From the IMG/VR virus record IMGVR_UViG_3300040801_001355, positions 11,750 to 75,749 of that record: DNA of 64,000 bases; one strand, written 5' to 3'. Position 1 is the first letter of the stretch; every line of letters starts with the position of its first letter. This document shows, one piece after another, positions 1-9,835 of the stretch. The translations under genes were made by a program, and so were the position numbers. A model generated the notes under the pieces. The model was not told the origin of the DNA and ran no database searches. It saw nothing but the letters and a program-made list of their open reading frames with translations. This stretch comes from a virus (Duplodnaviria > Caudoviricetes).

Positions 1-2
1 AG

Positions 3-1298
3 CACTATGAGAAAATACGCATTAAACAATATGTAGTATTAGACGATATCACAGGGCGCATCAACAGATTCGACGAATACACAGAGGCACAAGATTATTA
101 TAAAGGTCTGATGACCACGTATTCAGAGAACGGTGAGCCATTATACATGGCCGACGGGACAAGTCGAGTAGCTTTCGTTACTACAACTGTCGACAAAATG
201 TTGCAAACCATAATCGTGGGTGACACGGTTATATCTTCTACATTAACTGATTTAAGTGATTTTCCATTTGTTGTGTTTTTCGCTTATTTCAGTGACGGCG
301 ATTTCTGGGCATTCGTTGATTCCCTTATAGACCCGCAGTACCTTGTCAATCGCTTTTTCTCACAGTGGGATTATACATTAGGAGCTTCACATAAGAATAT
401 GATAACAGTGCAAGAGTCACTGTTAAAGAGAGGGTGGTCAGTAGAAAAAGTCCGCCAAGAAATCTCGCGTACAGCTCCTGTTATTCCAGTGATGAATCAC
501 GCAGCGATTGAACCGCGACCTAATAACCCCGTGAATCCCGAATTATTTCAAGGGATTATGTTTGGTATCGGACGTATGAATGATTATGCAGGAGGGCGTA
601 ATGCTCTTGGTCTGCAAGAATCTGCGGCTGAATCAGGGCGGGCGGTTATTGCACGAGCGGAACAAGGCGGATTGGCACGTTTGCCGTTATTTGACAAACT
701 ACGTAATTGGCGACAAAACTTAACCTACAGACTATTATGGTGGATAAAAGGATATATGTCTCCTGCTCAAATGTTGCGTATTGTTGGTAAAGACGACTCA
801 ATTAAATTCACAAATATAGACGACTTAGTTCTAAGCGGCCTTAGAGAAATTAAAACAGATGTTGTTGTCGATGAGGCTACGAAGTCAGAGTCTATTAGAG
901 AAAGACAATATCAACAGACCGTACAGTTCTTCCAGACAGTACAAGGTCTTGTGCCAGGTGACATCGTGGTAGATATGTTGTTAGAATTATCAGAGTTGCC
1001 AGAATCTAAAAAAGATGAGATGCGTTCTAAGTTAGAATTTTCTCAAGCATATCAACAACAAAAAGAACAGCAACAAAATGAACAGAAGCTACAACAGCAA
1101 GTGGTTGACGCCCAAAAGCGTAAGAGCATCAAAGAGATGTTGGAAAGGGATGAAGAGCTTAAAGATGCGACGGAGCAAGTACGCAAATCCCAAAAGGAGA
1201 TGTCAAAAGAAGTTGATGAATTACAAAGATTACGTGAAAAGGGTGAAGAAATAGAAGTGCCTCAGCAGTCAGCAATATCGCAGCTGTTTGGAGGATAA
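3..1298 (+). CDS. Portal protein, C-terminal part (5'-truncated at window edge)
   Basis: Frame is open from nt 3 (HYEKIRIKQY...), upstream of the listed ATG at 111. Segment LGLQESAAESGRAVIARAEQGG..LFDKL and a long Q/E/K coiled C-terminal barrel resemble P22/crAss-type portals. Lies upstream of scaffold and capsid. Confidence 0.75.
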   Translation, partial: HYEKIRIKQYVVLDDITGRINRFDEYTEAQDYYKGLMTTYSENGEPLYMADGTSRVAFVTTTVDKMLQTIIVGDTVISSTLTDLSDFPFVVFFAYFSDGDFWAFVDSLIDPQYLVNRFFSQWDYTLGASHKNMITVQESLLKRGWSVEKVRQEISRTAPVIPVMNHAAIEPRPNNPVNPELFQGIMFGIGRMNDYAGGRNALGLQESAAESGRAVIARAEQGGLARLPLFDKLRNWRQNLTYRLLWWIKGYMSPAQMLRIVGKDDSIKFTNIDDLVLSGLREIKTDVVVDEATKSESIRERQYQQTVQFFQTVQGLVPGDIVVDMLLELSELPESKKDEMRSKLEFSQAYQQQKEQQQNEQKLQQQVVDAQKRKSIKEMLERDEELKDATEQVRKSQKEMSKEVDELQRLREKGEEIEVPQQSAISQLFGG

Positions 1299-1328
1299 GG
1301 ACACAAGTCCCGTTTTATAAAAACTTTA

Positions 1329-1360
1329 CTTGACTTATAGAACTTAATTAAATATTTTTG
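1329..1360 (+). promoter_or_regulatory. Bacteroidota-type sigma-A promoter (CTTG-N20-TATTTTTG)
   Basis: CTTG 1329-1332, 20-nt spacer, TATTTTTG 1353-1360, just upstream of the scaffold RBS. Confidence 0.6.
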
Positions 1361-1381
1361 TATAAAAAGCGAGGAGCTAAT

Positions 1382-2359
1382 ATGGCGATGGATTTAAGTG
1401 TGCTTGATGAAGGCGCAGAAGCAACGACAGAAGAACGCCAAGAAGAGGTGGCAGAAGATGTCCAAGAAGTTGACGCAAACGAACCATACGAAGGACAAGC
1501 CATCGACGACAGAGAAGATGGTGACGGTGATGACGTACAGAGTGAAAGTGAAGAGGAAGGTGGAGAAGCCGCCGAAACTCTTACAGCGTTAGAAAGATGG
1601 CGACAAGAACGTGCGAAGTCTAAGCAGCAAAAAGAGCCGCAACAAAATCTGGACGACCCAGAAATTAAAAGCGCATTGGAATTTGCAAAGTTTGCTAAGA
1701 CAGACCAGTTCACACGTAACATCGCTGCATGGAGAAAGCAAGGTTATAGTGAAGACCAAATCGCACTATACCTTGCGCAACAATACGCAGCAAACGCACA
1801 ACCTAATGAGCAAAACACCGATAACTATGGCGCCAATAATAACACAACAGATATTGACGCAGCTTCCATTGAAGCGCGAGTCAATGAATTGCTGGATTCA
1901 AAGTTGGGGGAATATACGCAGCAGCAACAAAAGCAACAGCAGTTGCAGTTGCAGCAATCGCAGATAAATAACAACAACGAAGTTGTATTCTCCACAGCGT
2001 TAAGCTCAGCTGGGCTTAAAGAAAGCGACATTACAGATGAAGACGCGACAGCATTAAGAGATGCGGTTGATATGTTATACCAAAACATAGACCCTCGTCA
2101 ATATGCTTTTACACAACAACAAGCTGATATGATAGTACGTACAGCTTTTGAAGATAAGTTAAAAAATAACAAAGCTAAAAGGAGTACAAACATGGCACAG
2201 AATGCTCAAAACGCACCACGTGTACTTGGAGCACAGCCAGGAGAAGCGTCCCAAGCCCCAGACAAAAGTCGAGGTAAAGACCCATACGCTCCTTTAAAAG
2301 CTCGACAAGGCATCACAAAAGGTGAGCGCGTTAAAAATTACTTTAAACTTTTTTCTTAA
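1382..2359 (+). CDS. Capsid scaffolding protein
   Basis: Acidic disordered N-terminus and Q-rich coiled coil; position between portal and capsid; AGGAG upstream of ATG 1382. Confidence 0.65.
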   Translation: MAMDLSVLDEGAEATTEERQEEVAEDVQEVDANEPYEGQAIDDREDGDGDDVQSESEEEGGEAAETLTALERWRQERAKSKQQKEPQQNLDDPEIKSALEFAKFAKTDQFTRNIAAWRKQGYSEDQIALYLAQQYAANAQPNEQNTDNYGANNNTTDIDAASIEARVNELLDSKLGEYTQQQQKQQQLQLQQSQINNNNEVVFSTALSSAGLKESDITDEDATALRDAVDMLYQNIDPRQYAFTQQQADMIVRTAFEDKLKNNKAKRSTNMAQNAQNAPRVLGAQPGEASQAPDKSRGKDPYAPLKARQGITKGERVKNYFKLFS

Positions 2360-2390
2360 ACAACTTTACTAAAAGTAAAAGGAGTGCATT

Positions 2391-3710
2391 ATGAAATATG
2401 ACAATAGAGCGGTAACAGATGGCGTCAGAAGTTCGACGTCAGTATTGCCTAAAAAGATTGTCGATGACATTGACTGGCAGATAAGAACACTTGAGCCAGA
2501 AGCAACTCCTCTTTACACATTAGGTCAGGTGTTAGGTACGGGACCAAAGCCCACTAATCACAAAGTCCAAGTAACGCAATATCACGCGTTCGACCATTAC
2601 GACTACTGTTCTAACGTGTATTTGGGAGCTGATGTAGCAAGCGGCGGCTGGGAACGATTCGCACGCTTAACTCTTGACCAACCATCAAGACCATCAACAG
2701 GGAGCACAAACATGTTCTACCAACCTCGCGATAAATTTTATATCGCGTCAACAGGTCAGGTAGTCGAGGTAGTCGTAACCCCAAGAAGCAATTACGATGC
2801 GCACGGGACAGCAATGGTAGTACCAACGGTATTGGCTGGAACAGGTGCATCAGATACGGTAACAACTGGCACGTCCACAGCGGGCACAGTGGTTGTTAGA
2901 AACCTTACGCCAGACCCTATCGCACCATTCTCTCAATCTGACGTTATTTATCTTGGTAACGCAATTTCTGAGTCCCAAGATATTTTAGCTGAACCATCTC
3001 AACGTGACATCTTGTTTGACTGTAACTACGTGGAACACCACGAGAAAGTTATTACGATGACAGAAGACCAATATAAGTGGGTGCAAACTCATGGGTCTGT
3101 TCCTGAGTGGAGCTTCCAACAAAGAGAAGCAATGAAAGAGATGAAGAAAGATATAGATTACCTTGCATTCTTTGGCGAAAGAGCAGTCAACTTTGATGTT
3201 GAGAATAGGCCAGCACGTCACATGAGAGGGTTGTTAAACTCAATCCAAACTAACGTGGCTTATTATAACCCTGCTTCCACGGTTGATTTTGAATTAATGT
3301 TTGCGAATTTCTTGCATAACCAAGCTTTCCGTTATAACCCTAACGGCAAAAATAAGATTGGTATTTGTGGGCCAGACTTCTTGTTCAACTTTAACATGGC
3401 GTTCAGAGAATTTAGAAGAACAACTGATATTGACGTAAAAGCTAAAAAAGCTGGTCTTGATATTGATACATATAAAATGCCGTCGGGCTACACTATATCA
3501 CTTACTTCTTCTGAGGTATTCCGCAGAGGAACTGCGATGAGTAATTGGTGTTTCATTATCGACCCAATGGAAGCTGAATGGAGAATAGTAAAAGACTTCT
3601 CTACTCGTCCGTATCAATTAGCTACTCAACGTGACATTAAGTTAATGATGGAATGGCAAGGCACAATTGCTTGGCATTTAGAACAATCACACGCACTTTT
3701 AAGAACTTAA
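2391..3710 (+). CDS. Major capsid protein (HK97 fold, DUF5309/SU10-like) with beta-rich insertion
   Basis: 439 aa; TPLYTL near the N-terminus, KEMKKDIDYLAFFGER..RHMRGLLNSI and a C-terminal beta region; strong RBS; follows scaffold. Confidence 0.75.
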   Translation: MKYDNRAVTDGVRSSTSVLPKKIVDDIDWQIRTLEPEATPLYTLGQVLGTGPKPTNHKVQVTQYHAFDHYDYCSNVYLGADVASGGWERFARLTLDQPSRPSTGSTNMFYQPRDKFYIASTGQVVEVVVTPRSNYDAHGTAMVVPTVLAGTGASDTVTTGTSTAGTVVVRNLTPDPIAPFSQSDVIYLGNAISESQDILAEPSQRDILFDCNYVEHHEKVITMTEDQYKWVQTHGSVPEWSFQQREAMKEMKKDIDYLAFFGERAVNFDVENRPARHMRGLLNSIQTNVAYYNPASTVDFELMFANFLHNQAFRYNPNGKNKIGICGPDFLFNFNMAFREFRRTTDIDVKAKKAGLDIDTYKMPSGYTISLTSSEVFRRGTAMSNWCFIIDPMEAEWRIVKDFSTRPYQLATQRDIKLMMEWQGTIAWHLEQSHALLRT

Positions 3711-3723
3711 TAGGAGATAGACA

Positions 3724-4392
3724 ATGAGATATATAAGTCCATACGCAAATTTAAAATTGTATCGTAAAGATGGCACAATAGCACATGAGTTCGTAAACGG
3801 CGTACTGGTTGTTGGTGACCAAACTACTACGAATGGCACAGACCTAACGACTAATACATTGGGCTATGTTGTTGACGCATTTGAATATAGCGGCACACCT
3901 GAAACCGAAGTTTTCCAAATTTATTCTACTACCTTAGATGGTGGCGCAGATGACAGATGGGAACTTGCAGGACAAGGCTCGTTAAATGGCGTTGATAATA
4001 ACGGCGATGCGCTGACTAACCTAGAAGATGGTTATAGAGGCTTCTTCTTTGAAGCACCTAAACTATCTGGAGCAGATGGCGCGTCAGCTACAGAAGGTGT
4101 CTGGTATGAAGTGTTAGAAGGCTCTGTAACATATGGTGGTACTGAGTACACGATAGGCCAATTCTTTGAAACAGACGGCGATGCGACAGTAGTAACTGGT
4201 GACGGTTATTATGCGTTAGCTTTGCCTGAGTCCTTGCGTAATAAATGCAAGTGCTTCTGTGCAGAAGAGTTTAAAATAAAGCACCTACAATATGGAGATG
4301 AGCCATTGAGCTACTTCTTCTTTGGGGAGGGATTTAAGCCGCGTAACAGTATGACAACTACAGACGCAGACTTCTACGGATGGATACGTTAA
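3724..4392 (+). CDS. Putative capsid decoration/auxiliary protein
   Basis: 222 aa, G/T/D-rich and beta-type, directly after the capsid gene and before a terminator. Confidence 0.4.
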   Translation: MRYISPYANLKLYRKDGTIAHEFVNGVLVVGDQTTTNGTDLTTNTLGYVVDAFEYSGTPETEVFQIYSTTLDGGADDRWELAGQGSLNGVDNNGDALTNLEDGYRGFFFEAPKLSGADGASATEGVWYEVLEGSVTYGGTEYTIGQFFETDGDATVVTGDGYYALALPESLRNKCKCFCAEEFKIKHLQYGDEPLSYFFFGEGFKPRNSMTTTDADFYGWIR

Positions 4393-4409
4393 ATAGATTT
4401 TAAATATAT

Positions 4410-4463
4410 GGTGGCGGGCTTTAGTTAGCCTCCTCGCTCTCTCTTGCTCGTCACCTTTTTTTT
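4410..4463 (+). terminator. Intrinsic terminator-like stem with long loop
   Basis: GGTGGCGGGC (4410-4419) pairs with GCTCGTCACC (4446-4455) including 2 G-U pairs, followed by T8. Confidence 0.55.
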
Positions 4464-4489
4464 ACAAATATTTTTGAGGAAGCGAGACT

Positions 4490-4909
4490 ATGGCAGCAAC
4501 AAAAAATTCAAATACGGCAGGCACTGTCACTAAAGTTGAAGAAAAAGATTCGTCTACTGGAAGGGTAGTCGAAAAAATTATTTTGCAAGAGGCAGCAAAA
4601 CCAGATTACCTAAGATATGAAGCACGTCACATTCTGAACGATAGTAAAAACAACGCGAAGAATATCAAGACGTTCTTATCACCTAAGAAAAGCTTGTCTT
4701 TATTTGGCAAGAGTTATGACAACAAAGGTTTTGTGATTACATTCAAAGCCTCTACCTTTGAAACGGATGACCCAGATTTAATTGAATTTCTACAAAATCA
4801 TCCGCAATATGAGGTTGCATTCTTTGAAGGCAAATATCCAAAAAGCGTGTTAGACCAAATTGAGAGAGACCACAAAATGTTAACGCGTGACCCAGACGAA
4901 TATAAATAA
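4490..4909 (+). CDS. Hypothetical head-region protein
   Basis: 139 aa ORF with GAGGA RBS. The segment FETDDPDLIEFLQNHPQY resembles small proteins often found after capsid genes. Confidence 0.5.
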   Translation: MAATKNSNTAGTVTKVEEKDSSTGRVVEKIILQEAAKPDYLRYEARHILNDSKNNAKNIKTFLSPKKSLSLFGKSYDNKGFVITFKASTFETDDPDLIEFLQNHPQYEVAFFEGKYPKSVLDQIERDHKMLTRDPDEYK

Positions 4910-4921
4910 TAGGAGTTCAAG

Positions 4922-5311
4922 ATGAAAGATTCAAAAAATAAAAGTGATTACAGCTATGGTCAACCTAAAAAGAAAAAGCGCGATAAGATGGTAAAAGATA
5001 CAGAGGCGTTTTCATTAGGGCGCATCACAGCAATGCAACAACAGAAAGACAAAGAACTCGCAATGGGCGCGTTCCAAAATATGTTAATGATGCAACAAGC
5101 TCAAATGGTGAAGAATGAGGTCACGAATCTTTTATCTGAATTACGTATGCAAATGAACGAAGCGCAGTCAATGATGTCAGCCCCACCAATTCCAGGGATG
5201 ATGCCTAACGACCCAATGATGATGGGCGGCGGCATGCCTCCTGAGATGGGCATGGCCCCAGAAATGGGCGGCGGTATGCCACCAGAAATGGGAGCACCAC
5301 CTATGGTGTAA
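4922..5311 (+). CDS. Hypothetical Met/Pro/Gly-rich protein
   Basis: 129 aa, AGGAG RBS; basic N-terminus, M/Q-rich helix and MMMGGGMPPEMG low-complexity tail. Confidence 0.55.
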   Translation: MKDSKNKSDYSYGQPKKKKRDKMVKDTEAFSLGRITAMQQQKDKELAMGAFQNMLMMQQAQMVKNEVTNLLSELRMQMNEAQSMMSAPPIPGMMPNDPMMMGGGMPPEMGMAPEMGGGMPPEMGAPPMV

Positions 5312-5320
5312 GGAGATATT

Positions 5321-5989
5321 ATGACTGGTCAACAACTCATAGATTTAATGCGTCAGAATCTTCGCGATACTGGCGCATTTTCTCCTGATAGTGCGCTACA
5401 AGGTCAATTTTGGAGCGACTATGAACTATTATTGTTCCTCAATATGGCGCAAGACACAGTGCTCGATAATGCCTTAGTGTATAATAACGAGTACATCTTA
5501 TCGCATTTACATGCAGCGACAACCCAACAAGGATTAGGCGACACAGACCCCGTCGATTTACCCAATGATTATATGCACTATCAATCAGCAGTTGTTGAAT
5601 GGGACGAAAGTTATTTATCTATGGCTAAGTTATACATGGGAGGTGAAGGCGAGTACTACAGAGATACCCAGCAACATATGGCATGGATAGATAGAGATGT
5701 AGTAAAATTTTATAGTAACGGGGTTCCTGTGCGTGGCATATTATATTATTATAAATATCCAGCTGAAATTACGATAGGCGACTTTAACGAGACTTTTGGC
5801 ATAGATGTGTATAACAATTTAATCGTTAAACAAGCCCTTGTGTTTGCTGGACTTAAAGAACCGCAAACTCAGCGAGAGTTTAAAAATTACATTGATGCAA
5901 GAAATACTTCTTTGATAATTGACCCAAAATTATTTAATTACATTGAGCACAGAGAATTGTCTGACAAAATATTACAAGGTGCACAATGA
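5321..5989 (+). CDS. Tail ring/head-tail adaptor protein 1 (P22 gp4/crAss ring-like)
   Basis: MTGQQLIDLMRQNLRD..FWSDYELLLFLNMAQ helical hairpin, beta middle, C-terminal helix. Confidence 0.6.
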   Translation: MTGQQLIDLMRQNLRDTGAFSPDSALQGQFWSDYELLLFLNMAQDTVLDNALVYNNEYILSHLHAATTQQGLGDTDPVDLPNDYMHYQSAVVEWDESYLSMAKLYMGGEGEYYRDTQQHMAWIDRDVVKFYSNGVPVRGILYYYKYPAEITIGDFNETFGIDVYNNLIVKQALVFAGLKEPQTQREFKNYIDARNTSLIIDPKLFNYIEHRELSDKILQGAQ

Positions 5990-6744
5990 CAGCGTTACAA
6001 ACAATAAATATAATACGCTCACTACTTGACGATGGCTTAGATTGGTTTCCGACTTTGCAGCAAACTATTGATGCAATTAACGAAGCTCAACGCAGAGTTG
6101 TGCATGAAGCCGTCAGAAGAAGAGACCAACGTATATTACGTCCATTAATCTATGAAGACAGAGTTGTCACAGAAGAAAATAATGCGGTAACCGCGGAGAT
6201 GCGAACTGTGGATAGTAGCGGCAATATAAGGTACGCTATGTTTCCTGTTTCATGCCGCATCACTGAGTATACTACTAACGCAAAGTTAAGTAGACCAGGG
6301 GCGAAAACGTTTGTAGCACGCTGGATGCCGTACAATACTTTTATGAATTACTATGGGCAAGCTCCTGTGCGACGTCCAAGTTACACAACAGGCTTACAAT
6401 ACCCAAGAGATGCTATCTATACTTTTAATACCTTTTATACAGGTGAGCCAATATTCGGGCCACGAGTATCAACGACAGTGAAATTTAATTATAACGACAT
6501 TGACTTTGATTATGCGGACGTTAAATTTATAGCGTATCCAATTGACTTTGTGTATGATGATGCTAATTGGTCTAATAATGTCGGCCTGGAATTACCCAAA
6601 GAAGTTCATCCGAAAATAATATCAATGGCGGCAGAGCTATTGAACACAACCGACGTCAATGAGTTACAGCGAGGCCGCGCTGTTAGCACGCAGCAAAATA
6701 GAGTTACATTAGATAAGTCAGAGGTAAGCCATGATAACTCCTAA
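5986..6744 (+). CDS. Tail ring/adaptor protein 2
   Basis: MTALQTINIIRSLLDD..IDAINEAQ and LPKEVHPKIISMAAE; ATGA-coupled paralogue. Confidence 0.6.
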   Translation: MTALQTINIIRSLLDDGLDWFPTLQQTIDAINEAQRRVVHEAVRRRDQRILRPLIYEDRVVTEENNAVTAEMRTVDSSGNIRYAMFPVSCRITEYTTNAKLSRPGAKTFVARWMPYNTFMNYYGQAPVRRPSYTTGLQYPRDAIYTFNTFYTGEPIFGPRVSTTVKFNYNDIDFDYADVKFIAYPIDFVYDDANWSNNVGLELPKEVHPKIISMAAELLNTTDVNELQRGRAVSTQQNRVTLDKSEVSHDNS

Positions 6745-7495
6745 TCAATACCCAATAGTACAAGATGTATGGGAAGAAACCCTCATACGTGTGGAAGGCT
6801 TGCGCGAAGGAGAGAACATGGATTTGGGTACGTTTATGCGCCAACTCAATTGGGCGGTGCGCGAAGTTTACCTTGATACACTGGGCTATAAAGGATGGAC
6901 GTATAAAGAGAGCGCTACTAATCTACGCAATGGCGACAGAATAGACAGAAGATTTTTAGAATCAATAAGAGTATTAGTGAGTGAAAGCGGTGAAGACGGC
7001 TCGTTCTTTGAAGCTCGTTATGCTGACCCAAGAGAATTTTTTACTGTGACATCAACGCTTGATTACCCGCAGATTTGGGGACGAGGCAGAAGTTTATCTC
7101 CTATCTACACTTTATGGGGGAATAGAGATTATATCACAGCGATAGGACAGCCGCAACTATTTATTTATTTTCAACCTGATACATTGATAGGGATGATGGA
7201 CGCATATATGGCGCCACCAGAAGTCAATTCTTTTGTAGACGTTGTTCCTATACCTAACGATTTTATTGAATATTTTATGCAGAATGTTATTGTGCGTATT
7301 TTGACAGTGATAGGGCGAGTTAGCGAAGCACAAGATATAGTAGAAAACATTAATCAAACCCGCGCTTCGTTTAAAAGCAAACATCAAGAAAGACAGACGT
7401 TGCAGAAAAGAAAGCTCGAGAGTTTTGTGCAACCAATTCATCCGATTGTACCACCAAAAGAGGAGCCAGGCGAAGTGCCTAATAAATTAGTATGA
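6731..7495 (+). CDS. Tail ring/adaptor protein 3
   Basis: FMRQLNWAVREV and IPNDFIEYFMQNV; same size and layout as its neighbours. Confidence 0.55.
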   Translation: MITPNQYPIVQDVWEETLIRVEGLREGENMDLGTFMRQLNWAVREVYLDTLGYKGWTYKESATNLRNGDRIDRRFLESIRVLVSESGEDGSFFEARYADPREFFTVTSTLDYPQIWGRGRSLSPIYTLWGNRDYITAIGQPQLFIYFQPDTLIGMMDAYMAPPEVNSFVDVVPIPNDFIEYFMQNVIVRILTVIGRVSEAQDIVENINQTRASFKSKHQERQTLQKRKLESFVQPIHPIVPPKEEPGEVPNKLV

Positions 7496-8313
7496 AACTA
7501 TGGGAATACATATCGGAAATAAAATTACGTATGCACCGCTTGAATGTGTTAAACAATTTAAGCGACATACAATTAGCAACCTATATGAACATGGCTCGTA
7601 AGCAAGCGCAACGCTTAGCTGTTGATTTAGTGCCGCATAGGTTTGCGCGCATAGTGCGATTAAATATAAGTAGCGTATCAGAGCAATACTCCAATACTGC
7701 TAATAACTTTTATGGGCAACAAAGAGTATTATTGCACCGAGTCATATTGCCAAGAGATTTTATAGACGCCTACAGCGTTAGATTATCTTTTGTATTAAAT
7801 GGCCAAGATAGATTGTATGAAGCTCGTAAATATAGTATGGAAGAAATGTTTACGATTAATGCACATACTTGGAATAAACCTTTGCCAACGTCTCCAGTAT
7901 ACGCATTAAGTGTAGAGGATATAGTCGGTAATACTCGTAACGATAAGAACTGGGTAATGTATCTCGGAGGCTTGACAATCGATACTAATTTAACTCTTTT
8001 CGACACAGTAGACGATGGGACTGTGCCAGAGGTTGAAGTTTGGTATACAGCAATATTGCCCGACTTAGAGTTAGACGCAGAAGATATATACAACGCAGGC
8101 GACGCAGAAGACGACTTAACGATGCCTCCAGATATAGAGGAGTTCGCAATCAATATGGCTACGTTCTATGCGTTACAATATATTGGGGCGCAACAACAAG
8201 CTCAGATAGTTAACGCAGAAATCAATAGATTGCGTCAACTAATCACAGAAAATTATTTTACAGCAGAACAAAAAGCATCATCACTATTGCCGTCACAGGA
8301 GGGGCTTGAATAA
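7492..8313 (+). CDS. Tail ring/adaptor protein 4
   Basis: MKLWEYISEIK..LSDIQLATYMNMARKQ and MPPDIEEFAINMA. Confidence 0.55.
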   Translation: MKLWEYISEIKLRMHRLNVLNNLSDIQLATYMNMARKQAQRLAVDLVPHRFARIVRLNISSVSEQYSNTANNFYGQQRVLLHRVILPRDFIDAYSVRLSFVLNGQDRLYEARKYSMEEMFTINAHTWNKPLPTSPVYALSVEDIVGNTRNDKNWVMYLGGLTIDTNLTLFDTVDDGTVPEVEVWYTAILPDLELDAEDIYNAGDAEDDLTMPPDIEEFAINMATFYALQYIGAQQQAQIVNAEINRLRQLITENYFTAEQKASSLLPSQEGLE

Positions 8314-9080
8314 TGGCATCAACTTTTGCAGAATTATACTCGGATTATCAAGACGCAGTTAAAGCGTACACAGAAAAACTTGACGTCAACCCCGTATCTT
8401 TTATGAGGCAGATAACCCGTGGGATGCAGCTATTCCAAAGAGAAACGGAATACGTCGAAAGAGTTGTTACTCTCAATAAAAACATTGATGGCTTTTGGAT
8501 AGTCCCTGCTGATATGTTAAGGATAGTAGAATTACGCGAATATATTGGCGACGAAACTCGACCGATAATCCTTAATGAATATACACAGCAATCACGTAAT
8601 ATGGAAACCGAAAGGTCACGACATTCAGATGTGCCGCATGATTGGGACTTGCGCGGTACTAATCAAGCAGGGCGCGGCGGATGGACAGATAAAAGTAAAA
8701 TTGCGTCATTATATGGCAGAGAGCTTTATATGTACCCGACATACGACGGTGATGATATAGACTTATATTATATTCCAGACATCCTTGCGTTTACATCGCC
8801 ATCGGCTGCACCGTCGCCATCTGACCAATGGCAAGACTGGTTTCCGCTTGAAACAAACTTTAACAATTTATTTACTACTGCAAGAATTACGCCGTCATTA
8901 GCACCGTATGAAGCAGCGTTTTTAGATTATGCAATTTCACTCTTTATTAAAAGCAAAGGGAGTGCGAATTACTTAGTATATGAACGGAGGTTTTATAACG
9001 ATATACAAAGAGCTAAAGATAATAAGCCTTCTTATTATAGTCAAGGCAGCGCTGATTATTACCTTGCACCTTGGAGTTGA
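8313..9080 (+). CDS. Tail ring/adaptor protein 5
   Basis: MASTFAELYSDY..FMRQITRGMQLFQRET and LAPYEAAFLDYAISL. Confidence 0.55.
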   Translation: MASTFAELYSDYQDAVKAYTEKLDVNPVSFMRQITRGMQLFQRETEYVERVVTLNKNIDGFWIVPADMLRIVELREYIGDETRPIILNEYTQQSRNMETERSRHSDVPHDWDLRGTNQAGRGGWTDKSKIASLYGRELYMYPTYDGDDIDLYYIPDILAFTSPSAAPSPSDQWQDWFPLETNFNNLFTTARITPSLAPYEAAFLDYAISLFIKSKGSANYLVYERRFYNDIQRAKDNKPSYYSQGSADYYLAPWS

Positions 9081-9081
9081 C

Positions 9082-9834
9082 ATGGCAAAAAAAGCACCAA
9101 AACGTAACCCTGATTATCAAAGCCACACAGAAAGAATGGCAGAAGTAAAACGCCGTGAACGCGAGAAGCGCAATCAAGAAATGGCGTTAACTAAATTTGA
9201 TAAGAGAGCACAGTATGTTTATAATAAATATAAAGATACAATAGAAGATGCCGCGGCGAAATACTCTATTGACCCATGGTTAATGGCTGTGCAAATTACT
9301 AAAGAATCTTACGGCAACCCTCAAGCTAAATCCGACGCAGGGGCGATGGGGCTGTCGCAATTTATGCCAGGCACAGCAAAGGATATTGGGTTAAAAAATC
9401 CATACGACCCAATCGAAAGTATCTATGCACAAGCTAAATATCTTAGAAGATTAGCTGACATGGAGTATATTGATAATGATATGACGTTAGCTTTAGCAGC
9501 GTATAACGCAGGACCAGGTAACGTTCAAAAATATAGCGGCGTGCCCAAATTTAAAGAAACATTAAACTATGTCGACGTCATTCCTAAGTCGCTTGAAAGA
9601 ATACGTTACAATCAAAAGTTAACCCAAGAAATGTCAGGCATACAAGAAGAGGCAAACGCGGCGTTAGAAAGCGCGCAAGAGCTGCCCGATAATATATTTA
9701 AAACACAACAACCAAGCTCTGTTGATGTAAATAAAAATTACGCACGAGAATACGAGAGCAAAGTGCCGCATGAAAACAGTAAGAGAAGGCAGTTAAACAG
9801 GCCAAATTTATTCCAAAGATTACTGGAGTTATAA
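9082..9834 (+). CDS. Soluble lytic transglycosylase (SLT, GH23) domain protein
   Basis: Catalytic KES motif, GAMGLSQFMPGTA, and ALAAYNAGPGNV..ETLNYV; ATG 9082 follows GGAG. Confidence 0.92.
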   Translation: MAKKAPKRNPDYQSHTERMAEVKRREREKRNQEMALTKFDKRAQYVYNKYKDTIEDAAAKYSIDPWLMAVQITKESYGNPQAKSDAGAMGLSQFMPGTAKDIGLKNPYDPIESIYAQAKYLRRLADMEYIDNDMTLALAAYNAGPGNVQKYSGVPKFKETLNYVDVIPKSLERIRYNQKLTQEMSGIQEEANAALESAQELPDNIFKTQQPSSVDVNKNYAREYESKVPHENSKRRQLNRPNLFQRLLEL

Positions 9835-9835
9835 G

